From the human T2T-CHM13v2.0 reference genome, Homo sapiens, in assembly GCF_009914755.1 (NCBI RefSeq), contig NC_060931.1: DNA of 64,000 bases. One strand, given 5' to 3'. Under the pieces are notes generated by a model. That model ran no database searches. It was not told where the DNA came from and saw only the letters and a list, made by a program, of their open reading frames with translations. The position numbers and the translations under genes are program-made. How positions within the stretch are numbered: the stretch's first letter is position 1; every line of letters begins with the position of its first letter. Shown here piece after piece: positions 14,952 through 26,904 of this stretch.

Positions 14952-17775
14952 ATCACCATATAAGTATGGTGATATCTTAAAAATGTGGGCTGATTTAAGA
15001 TGTAGCTCACTTGAATGAGAAGGCCAAGATATACAAACTTAGTGTGGGTAGGCTGCTGGGGGATGGAGAAAAGAGAATACTGTACTCACCTGACAATAAA
15101 CTGTCTTTTGTCCACTTCCCAATAACTTTTTTTTGAGCCCATAAATATTCACTGAGGGGAAAACATGTACTTCTAGATAGGTCCCCATTGTGTAAAAGCA
15201 AAAGCATATTGTCTATGTTCATTATGCTCATGGCCCATGGGAGAGACAGACAGGTAACCTCTGGGTGACCACAGGTGCTGAGAGGAGGCTACGGGAGCAC
15301 AGAAGAGGGACATCTGGTTCAGACTGTGTGTGGTGTGGGTGTGAATACGTGCACATGCATGTCAGAAAAGATTTTTAGAGGAACTGGGCCCTGTCAACTG
15401 AGGTTTTAGGATTTGAGGGAGTTAGTGTATGGTAGAGAGTCTTTTGTTTATTTCCGTGAGTCTTTAGGATGCATGTTGGAAGGCAGGGTCACATGCACTG
15501 GACTCGTCTTTCCATATCCTCAAAGAGTTGTTTTCTTTCTCTGCATTAGGGATTGGGTCCCAATATTTCATTTTTGTTTGTGTGCTGTTAAGGCAGATAA
15601 CATCAGCAGCATCCTTGAACATCAGCAGCATCCCTGCAGAGATCTGCCAACTTAGTTTATGATTCCTTAAAAAGCACCTCTACCTACAGCCTAGTCTGCT
15701 GGCAGCTATGACTCTGGCTGCCAGGGCTACTTGCTTTTCATGATGGGTTTTCTCATACTTCTTAGTTCCTCACAGCATGCCCCATTTTGCTCCATTTCAG
15801 GTCAACATGCACAGGCTGGTGATAAATCCCATTGTCACCCAACATCATATCTCCTGGTACATAGTTGTTGCGGCAAGCTCTTTAAGATCATCCATCAGTG
15901 AATGAGTGGATGTCCAGCACTTTCTGTTTTCTTCCTTTTGGTTTGCCCAGACACAGCATGCTGCCTTCAGTAATATCTCTCACGCAGAGATTCTCATAAG
16001 GAGTAAGGGAGGAAGCATGGAATGGGAGGAGGGAGCTGTGGACCTTGGAAGTTGTCTGCGGGAAATGGATAACCTCCCTTCTGGCTTCCTACCCTGGTCT
16101 ACGCACACACACTAAGAATCCATGTACTAAATCACCCCAGTTCCTTCACGTACAAGCTCCAGCTGGACTAGGATAAATTTTTTTTTTTTTTACACTTACA
16201 AACAAAAATATTCATTTCAATTAAATTCAACCAACATTTCTTGAATGCTTACTACAAAAAGGGCACTTCCAGGTATGGATGGCTAAAAAGATTTGGCTTC
16301 TTCCCTAAGAAAGCTTCTCATTTAGAGGGAAACAGATAAATACATGATTATACTGCCTGGCAAAAAACTTGAATCATTTCAGTTGACTTTAGGAGAAGGG
16401 AATTACGCGATTTCTAGGCAAGTCCTTAGAGCAGAGGAGAAGTGACACTAACCATCCAGGAGGCAGGGTGGGTCCCCATGTTGTTCTGGGCTCCTGTGGG
16501 TGGTGTACCATAGAGTCTTAGACCAGGAAGAATAAGATGTCACTGCAGGGCCCCTGAGGTCATGGGGGCCAGAACCAGGTGAGCAAGTAGGATTTTATGA
16601 CATGAAAGACAAGGATGGATGTAAGACAATGTTCCTTGGACGGTTGCTAGAGGTCATTGGTAAACAGAAGGTCAGGAATCTGACAGAGAATAACACACAG
16701 ACCTCCAGGAGAGACTGTATGATGAAATGGGCAGGAAACCTTGTCATACAGCCAATGTTCTGGTACAGTCAGGAGCTTCTGACTTGCTTCAACTTTCCCG
16801 CAATCCCAGGGAATGGACAGCTTAGTGTTACAGGCAATAACAGTGGCATTACTACATCTGACCAAGGAGAGTGAACAAGGCAGCAGGAGCTGACAGTGGG
16901 GTCTCATTTCTGTGCTCTGCTGAATAGCACAGAGAGCAAGCAACTCACCCATAAGTGCTTAGCTTAGTAGAAGCCCAAGAAAAATGGCCTCTTGGCGCCA
17001 TATTATTCTGTCAGGAGAGGAAACAAATCTACTGACTGTCATGGCCTACTGTTATGAATCCGTGTAAGAGTCTTGGAGGCGAGTCTCAGTGTCATCAAAC
17101 CTCAATACCATTACTCTAAAGTATTGGCTAGTTTTACCACAAATTACATCTTCCTTAGATTTATAGGCTTTTGAGAATGGAGGTAACGGATATTGAACAT
17201 TAGAAAAGAACCTTGTCTTGATGAAGATGTGCTGATGCAAGATGTTTTTTCCCTAAAGCTTAACAGAGCCTTTGTCTTCCTGTGAATCATAGAAGTGTTA
17301 ATAATTCATTTGTTTTGTCTCTCATTTCCTACTTCTATAAGACTCGCATAGTCCTGGTGAGGGACATGCACGCCCCAGCCTCTTTGGCTTGCTGGTAAAG
17401 GAGATCCCCACAATCTGGCAGGCATCAGGGAGATTAGAACGCCCCAGTGGGAAGTGAGCTCTCCTTTTCACTGATCCTAGGCAAATGGATGTCCAAGAAG
17501 AGAGGAACAAAAGGTCTAGCTAAAGCTACTAATGTATTTTAAAGAAAAAATGTTAATGGATGACATGCAGTAAGTTATGGGTATATCATTTGAGATCCTT
17601 TTCACTTAAAACAGCAAATAGAATTGCATCTGAAATGTCCATTCCTGGTTAAAAGAGGCAAATCGTAGAGCAGCTTTCAGGCAGTGGATGTGTTGGATGT
17701 CACTTCAATGTGGTCAAACATCTAATCCCACTATATTTTATGTTAAACAATAGCACTTTAAAGAAAGCACCTCGG

Positions 17776-18094
<319 letters not shown>

Positions 18095-18116
18095 GCACCA
18101 TGTACAGGAGAAGAGG

Positions 18117-18138
18117 TTTTTTTTTTTTTTTTTTTTTT

Positions 18139-18170
<32 letters not shown>
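18117..18170. repeat. Poly-T/(GTTTT)n tract
   Basis: Seen directly. Confidence 0.9.
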
Positions 18171-18172
<2 letters not shown>

Positions 18173-20153
18173 TTTGGACTTTCTAGGAGGGCAGTGGGAC
18201 TATATTTACCTGCTCCCCCACCCTAGTGTGATGACTTTGTAAGATTGTAAGTACACAACCTCAGGTCGACCCATTTGAAATGTTCATGGTGCAATTAATT
18301 AACTGATGTTCTATTTATATAATGTTCTCTCCTCTGCCCACCAGTAAATAAAAGAGAAAAAAGGGAAAACATTCTTAAAACAACCATTTTATTCTTGGAA
18401 GCAACCGTATTTCCCCTACTGAATTAAGAAAGCTTTATGTATTCTGACCAAACTGAAGTGCTTGGGCTTCCTGGCAAAGCTACCTACCTGCAAGGCTGGT
18501 TCACAGCTGTCACTCTCTGTGAGGTTAGTTTAGTAGCATGGGGGCACTGGGGTCAAGCTGGGGATGAAATGTGTTACCACACTGGGAGCCCATGTGAATA
18601 CTTCACTGAGAAATAAAAATCAGGACATAAAATGGGGAATGAAGTGCATAAGACATTAATAGTTGATGGGCCAGTGTATTCACTGATATTTTTCAATCCA
18701 GCACTAGAGAAGACAGAAATTCTGGGGGTTAGAGGGAGTAAGAGAGGGAGGGAGAGCACTGAGGCTCTGTTCTTAACTAGGTGGCCCACAGGATGGTAAT
18801 GAGACTCTATGAGCTATTTTTGATGACTTGAAAAATCTCAAAGGAATTATACATTTATTCACAACAACCATGCACAGACTAATTAAAATGTCAAATTTCT
18901 TTGCTTTGGGCTGAGGTTATATAACTCCATTGTGGTAATATATTTATCTCAATTTATCCAGAGGTCTGATTATTGGCAGCTGTATTTGTTAGATTAGTGA
19001 AAAGAAAAAATGAATTACTTAATATCTTTCAAATCATGAGGTCCATGGGAGAAAATGATAAGAAGCCCTTTGAGGTAAATAGTTGACAATTACTGTCCTG
19101 GAATAGAGAGACCCTATCTGGGGGATCTGTTGAGTTTTTGCTATACTATGGGGCCTAGGGGATGCTCAGTGAATAAAAATTTAATTTTTATTCTACTTAT
19201 AAGACAAATATATCTTAGGCTTTCTGAATAGAGACACATTGGAGCAAAACAAATATATGAAAGGTCAGCTTAGTAGTGGGCCTAAGGTAAGTGTATTTGC
19301 AATCCCTCAATAAAATTAATTTTACAAGGGAAATTTTTAAAAAAGTTTCAGAGTCTTACTTCTTACAGTGAGATTACAAGATGAATGGGTACATAATTGC
19401 CTTTGCCTTTAAGGAATGCATGGGCTGGGAAATGGGGTCTCATGAGCCCCAGTGGTGCCACTGGCCAGGCCCATTTTCTTAGGAGAACAAGCTACCACTT
19501 GGAGAAGTATTCGTTCTTCTTATTCAGGACAGAATCCAGTGTCAGAAAATACAGTAAGAATTCAGGAAGAGCCTTTTGGTTCCTTAACTGAACATTTTCA
19601 ATGTATATTTATGTGTAAAAGACTTCTCAAAATATAAATGCCTAGAAGAGGTCACCCCATAAAATTGGTTGAATGATTGAAAGTTTAAAATGCTTGATGT
19701 CGATTCTTTCTGAATTGATTGTAAAGAAGATAGGCAAAGTCTTCATTGGATACCCCAAAGAGCTCAAGAAGAAGGAAATGGAAGGAATGCAAAAGCAAAA
19801 AGGCTTAAACCTGGTGGCCTCACTATTGGCCCAGCATGCTTCTGTCATTATTTGAAGGACTATGGTAGGTGTCCTTGGATGCAGCTTAGAAAGCCATGCT
19901 CCTCAGAAAGCCTCTGCTTCAAGCTTTTTGTTTTTCTTAGTGAAAAATCAAACAATAAACAATCCACTTTTTCCAAAGTACCATTTCTCTTGTAGCAAGT
20001 TTGGCTTCCAGTCAGGAGAGCTCCTTGGACATAGCCCGGTGGCCAGAGTTGACTCAGCAGACTGCCTTGCTTTTCCAAAGCTCTGAGCTCTTGGGAGAGT
20101 TCTTGGCATGACACAGCCATAGATCACCCAATTACCAAATTCTGCAGTTTTAG

Positions 20154-20482
<329 letters not shown>

Positions 20483-20978
20483 GCTGTGTTTCTTTAAAAG
20501 GGCCGAGTTCCTATTTTATTTAAATTCAAAACTATTTGAACATTGCAAAGAATTTTTAAAATGTTATGAGGTGATTTTTTTTTTCCACTAGGGACAGCTC
20601 TATCATCCTTAGATATGGGAAATCTGTCATCTCTAAGATAATTCTGACATCCCTTAACTGCATTATGGAGATTGAAGAAAGTATGATTTACTATGTCACA
20701 GCAGGGTATATTGGACACAATGCCATTCAATTATAAGGAGAAAACATAGATTAAGCCTTAAGCAAAAGTCATCAGTCAAGGGAAGAGGTTTTTGGGAAAA
20801 AAAGAGATTTAATGAGAACTTGTGTGTGAGAAGCAGAGAGAGGAGAATATAAGAAAACGACTTTTCTTTTTTCTTTTAGCCTCAGGTAGAAATTGAGAAA
20901 AGAAACAGATTTTATATTTTATAAAAACTTTACTCTTCATTTTTTCACCACTCCTGCTGCCAGAAAAAAAACAGATCA

Positions 20979-21280
20979 GTTTTTTTTTTTTCTTTTTTTG
21001 AGATGGAGTCTCCCTCTGTTGCCCAGGCTGGAGTGCAGTGGCATGATTTCGGCTCACTGCAAGCTCCACCTCCTGGGTTCACACCATTCTCCTGCCTCAG
21101 CCTCCTGAATAGCTGGGACCACAGGTGCCTGCCACCACGCCCGGCTAATTTTTTGTATTTTTAGTAGAGACGGGGTTTCACCATGTTAGCCAGGATGGTC
21201 TCGATCTCCTGACCTCGTGATCCACCCGCCTCAGCCTCCCAAAGTGCTGGGATTACAGGCCTGAGCAACCGCGCCCGGCC
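20979..21280 (-). mobile_element. AluY
   Basis: Diagnostic 'gcaagctcc' and 'accattctcc'; TSD cagatcagttttt. Confidence 0.93.
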
Positions 21281-21440
21281 GGTCAGATCAGTTTTTAAGA
21301 GAAACTTTAATTAAGCTTGTTGCAAGTTTCTTCATTCCATTTTCTTTTAGTGGGATTTTCGGGAGCACAGTTAGTGAGCATTACATATTCTTTTTGTTGT
21401 CTCATTATGCCTGAAAGATTTCATCTATCTATCCAGGCCC

Positions 21441-21502
21441 TTTTTTTTTTTTTTTTTTTTTTTTCCCGAGACAGAGTCTTGCTCTGTCAGCCAGGCTGAA
21501 GT
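21441..21502 (-). mobile_element. Extremely 5'-truncated Alu (about 35 bp plus tail)
   Basis: Poly-T followed by 'gagacagagtcttgctctgtcagccaggctgaagt'; TSD tatccaggccc / tatccagggccc. Confidence 0.85.
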
Positions 21503-22709
21503 TATCCAGGGCCCTTTTTTAGCTGAAGGCTTGTTTCCTTTCTGCAGGGATCTGGACCCGTGTGCTATGGTGACAATGCTAAGTAACCACTGCCCACACC
21601 CTTAGCCTGACTCTTACTTCCAATGGTAGTAACTGTCAATCGGCAGTTCAATAATTTTTGCTTTAGTTTTTAAAATTCTGTTTTCAATTCAGTGTTTATT
21701 TCTTAAGAAAATGTAAAAAATGTGGGGTTATTACAAAGATACCAGATCTAAAACCAGAGATTAAATTTTGGCACCTCATCTTTATGCACCTGTGATGTCT
21801 TCAGCATTATTTCAGTGTTTCAAAGAGTTGTTACTATTATTAGCATGTGAATAATCTGAGGGAGGAATTTAAAAACACATTTTCAAACACTTTATATATC
21901 TTTCTGCACATGGGTCATTTAACAGCCAATTACACAAAATTCAAGCTTCCCAGGGAGTAAAACATCAAGGTTAAATAATTGTTTTGCTATGTTTGGATGG
22001 AGAAGAGGAAGAATTTGACAAGTTGAAGGATAAGAAAGTTGATTTTCCAAAGTGTTAAAATAATTTTCATCATTATCATCTCTTATTAAAAATGTAACAA
22101 AAGGGAAGAAGTTTTAAGAAAGAATGAAAATGGTGAATAATGAGCTGGAAAATGATACTGTGGAGAAAACAGAAATAACAGAGATTGGTTTGCTTTTGGA
22201 AGAGATAGTGAAGGTTAACTACCATCTAGGAAGAGTTTTAGTCCCATAAAACTGAACAAGTTTTCTATCAGCAAAGGACAGAATAAGATGAAAAAGGCTT
22301 ACACTAAGGCAGGAGAGATTGCAGTTGGATCTAATGAAGATCTTCAGGACCGTAAAGGGATCAAACTGAAATGGAATGTACAGAGAAATTGCGTGTGTTC
22401 TTTCCTTAGTGACCTTAAAGAAGAAAAGAGACAACTATTTGTTCTGAATTGTTTGCCTACATAAGGCAGAGACATGAACTGATTTTTGCAAGTCTCTTGA
22501 AGCTTAGCAATCTCTATTCCTTGAAAGTTCATTTAATATTGTTTTCCTCTGAGACATGTTATTATTTAATGGAAATTAACATTTCCTATCTTGGCTAGCA
22601 GCATTACTGCCCCCAAAGTCCTCCCTTTGATAAATCTCAAAGTTAACCATTGACTTCTCCTTCTCCTTTAACACATCTGTGTCTGCTGCTCGACTGATCC
22701 ACTGCAAAT

Positions 22710-22935
22710 GGCTATAACATTTAAAATGCTGGGCAAGTGCCATGGACTATGCTAGGCGTTGCTTTACACAGCTAAATTCTAATCCTCACAACAAACATTT
22801 GAGAGAGCCATTATCAATCCTTCACTAGATAGAATATAAATGAAGAAACGGGAGCTAAGAGGCTTGCTTAAGCTAAATATAGACGAAAAGCACAACTTAA
22901 AACACCAGTCTTTCTAATCCAAACTGTGCCCTCTT
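22710..22935 (-). mobile_element. MIR
   Basis: 'aatcctcacaacaaac...aaatgaagaaacgggagctaagag'. Confidence 0.6.
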
Positions 22936-23067
22936 TGAACATGGCATGAAGTGAGAAAAAACTAGAAGCCATTTTTCTTAACTCCTAAATTCAGTAACTT
23001 TGGGAAAGTGACTTACCCTTTCTAACCTCCATGTCCCTGTTACTTTGGGACCTGGTTCTATTTTTGA

Positions 23068-23408
<341 letters not shown>

Positions 23409-24653
23409 GATAGCTCAGTTTTTTAAACATACAAGATCTTGCTTGATCTCAAGTTCCTCAAGTTGTCACACTTTTTCCACATGCAGTTTTCCATGTGCAC
23501 CTTCTGTTCAAATAACAAAGGAGAAAATCTAGTGCCCGAGAGGGAGGTCTCAGAGCTGGCTGGGGCTTTCCCTGTGTCCATCTTGTAGATAATTACTTTG
23601 GATTTCTGCATTCTACCTTATGGCCAGGGTGGCTGGTTGGCATTCCTTCCTATACATAGCAGGAGCCAAAGAAAGGCTCTGGACAGAGAGGGGCTATGTG
23701 TTTGTGACTCCTGTTCAGCATATCACTTATAAATCTTAGAGCTTGGAGAATACTTGGAGATAAGCCATCCCAGAGATGGCAAATATAGTTTATAATCCAC
23801 CCCCAGTTGCTGGATTTGATTTCTTGGAAAACAGGGAGAAGGGCTTCAAGACTACATCCAGGCTCATGTCTGCCATGGTCATGAGGGAAAGGGAAAAGCA
23901 TTTGTGTATCAAAGTTATCCTCCCTAAGGTACTCAAGTTTTCATTTTATAGACAAGACAACTACAATCTAGATGGGTTGTTGTCTTGGTCAATAAAGAGT
24001 CCAGGGAGATTAAGTGCAGCAAACTCCTGCATAATGCTATAAAGAATATTTGAACAGTTCAATTGCATAAAATGTAGAGTCTCATTATTGCAGGGATAAT
24101 GTAAAACAACATTTTTTGGTCAGCCTACCAGTTGCTGTAGGAAAAAAAGAAAAAAATAACCTTGTTTTATTAACAGCTATATAGAAATAGTCTGGTGATT
24201 ATAAACAAATACATAGTGATAATTTCTTTCTTTTCTCCCCTTCTCTACTGCAGAAGATAACATCAGCTCACCTCTTTTGAGAATACGGGTTGGGAACCAA
24301 TAGCCAATCACTTTGTATTCCACTTAGCATCATCATGGGGCATGCTATCATGGGCTTCATTGTATTTGGCGTTCTGCAACGAGAACTACTCTAAGTGGTC
24401 ATGTAGAGCAAGTGCACAGCTGTGGGAGCTTGGGGATATAGACCACAGTGGCCCTCTGCAAGTACATCATCTCTGAGAAGATTCGGGTTTTATCTTAAAA
24501 TTTACTGAACTTTAGATTTATTTAATAACATAACCAGGTTTGTTTTAATACAATTCATTAGTATTAAATAAGATTAACACTCTAGGAATAATAATAATAT
24601 CAGCTGACATTTCTTTATTCTGTGGCTTTATGTACACAGTGACACATGGCTGT

Positions 24654-24694
24654 TGTGTTAGGGTTCTCTGGAAAAACAGAACCAATAGAATATC

Positions 24695-24742
<48 letters not shown>

Positions 24743-25196
24743 ATCTATCTATCTATCTATTATGGGAATTGGTTATTCACATGATTACAGAGTCTGAGAA
24801 GTACCACCATCTGTGGTTTTCAAGCTGGAGAACCAGGAAAGCTGGTGATGTAATTCAGTTTGAGTCCAAAGGCCTGAGAACCAGGATAACTGATGCTGTC
24901 ACTCTTGGTTTGAGCCCAGGAACCAGGAGCTCTGATGTTGAGGGCAAGATAAGTTGGATGTCCTGGCTCAAGAAGAGAGATAATTTGCTTTTTCTCTGAT
25001 TATTCTATTTGGGCCCTGAATGGATTGGATGATGCTCACCACATTGCTTTGAGCAGACCTGCTTTACTCAGTCTACTGATTCAAATGCTAATCTCATCTG
25101 GAAACACTGTTACAGACACACCCAGAAACAACATTTTGCCAGCTATCTGGGCATCCCTTAGCCCAGCGAAGTTGATCTATAAAACTAAGCGTCACA
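24654..25196 (-). mobile_element. ERVL solo LTR (MLT2B-like) containing (TCTA)n
   Basis: 'tgtgttagggttctct...cagacacacccagaaac...aagttgatctataaaactaagcgtcaca'; TSD gctgt / gctat. Confidence 0.88.
24695..24760. repeat. (TCTA)n tetranucleotide microsatellite
   Basis: Seen directly, with one interruption. Confidence 0.95.
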
Positions 25197-25827
25197 GCTA
25201 TACACCAGTTTTATATACCCTGTGTTGAGAGTAATGGAAACAAGGAATTGCATAACTCAACTAGTAAATTTTTAAAAGATTTAAGCTAATGAAGTTTTGA
25301 AAGAGATTGGCTATTGTATACTTAACCCTAGTTCCCTCTATTTTTTATCATCACTTTAATTCTCTTCATCCTAGAAAATGTTCACCTGGCCATCTATAGT
25401 CATCATTTCCTTAAAAACGGCCTTTGTTCTAAAGCAGAATTCTATTTTCAGATAAAATGTTATGTGGAATTCCAGTGTAGAAAACAGATAAATGTGGGAT
25501 GGAGTGAAGCAAGAAGAAGGAAGCCCTATGTCCTAACTACCTCCCACTGTTTGTGACAGTCCCTTCTTTACTTCCTTAGAGGCCTGGGACTCTGATAATC
25601 ACAAACAGTTTTCTTAAGGAATCTAGTTAGTTCTTAAAAACATACAACTGCTTCATTTTATTATTATTATTTTTTTGTATACAGAGAAGCAAAATTCAAC
25701 CCTTCCAACCTTCAGAAACTGAGAAAATAGATTATCTTTAGGTATTTGAAATTCTTTAAGAATTGCTCTAATTGTATGTCTTTGCTTAAATAATGAGCAG
25801 AAATGTTAATTAATAGTGTGTCCTTTG

Positions 25828-26260
25828 GAACTAACCCAAATGTCCATCAATGACAGACTCGATAAAGAAAATGTGGCACATATACCCCATTGAATACTAT
25901 GCAGCTATAAAAAAGGATGAGTTCATGTCCTTTGCAGGGACATGGATGAAGCTAGAAATCATAATCCTCAGCAAACTAACACAGAAACAGAAAACCAAAC
26001 ACCACGTGTTCTCACTCATAAGTGGGAGTTGAACAATGAGAACACATGGACACAATGAAGGGAACATCACACACTGGGGCCTGTCGGAGGGGGAGGGGCA
26101 AGGGGAGGGAGAGTGTTAGGACAAATCCCTAATGCATGCAGGGCTTAAAACCTAGATGATGGGTTGATAGGTTCAACAAACCATCATAGCACATGTATAG
26201 CTATGTAACAAACCTGCATATTCTGCACATGTATCCCAAAACTTAAAGAAACATTTAAAA
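25828..26260 (+). mobile_element. L1PA (older primate) 5'-truncated 3' end
   Basis: ORF2 C-terminus-like translation (MWHIYPIEYYAAIKKDEFMSFAGTWMKLE), G-rich 3' UTR and A-rich end. Confidence 0.92.
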
Positions 26261-26835
26261 AGTGTCTTATTATTTTTAGGTGTACTTATTTTAAAGCATA
26301 CTGTTGTGCTTTATTTCTAAAAACACAGTGAGTGGAGAAGTAAATTAATACCCAGCAACCATGATAGGAGGAGGTTTGGACAATGAGGTCCTCATTTAGA
26401 CACTGCCATCCTCTTGGGAATAGCTCGTTTTAATTTTGGTCAAAATTGTTAAGAAAATGTAACGAACTTCTTGAGAACTGGCCTCAGAACCCAAACTTAT
26501 AATGCTCTTGGAAATACCACAACACAAAAGCTGCATTTAATTTCTCTCCTTAAAACATCTCTGCTTTTCCACTTCTTCTATTTTGCTCCTTACTTATTAT
26601 TTTGATTATGTGCTTATCAGGTTAAGTACCTTACAAGTATCTGTAGTAAGAATATGTTAATTGGTTCAGGGCTTCTCTTAAAATAATTGAAAGCGTCTGC
26701 TTATTTGTTTTTCTTAGAAACTCAGCCTGTGAATCAAACTGCTTCTAATGTAGAAAAATGTATATATAAAATACATCTATATGTTTAGATTGAGTTATTG
26801 TCAAAATATATTAAATCCTTTTAGAAAATGCCAGA

Positions 26836-26904
26836 ATTGAGTTCTTTTAGAATTCAGTGTCCTTGTATTGAATTCTTTTAGAATTCAGTGTCCTTGTATT
26901 GAAT
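26836..26904. repeat. 31-bp tandem duplication (2.2 copies)
   Basis: attga(g/a)ttcttttagaattcagtgtccttgt twice, then attgaat. Confidence 0.95.

Noticed and set aside
19219-19292. Perfect donor AAG|GTAAGT at 19286/19287
   Set aside because: Upstream acceptors are weak, and isolated consensus donors are expected by chance in 64 kb.
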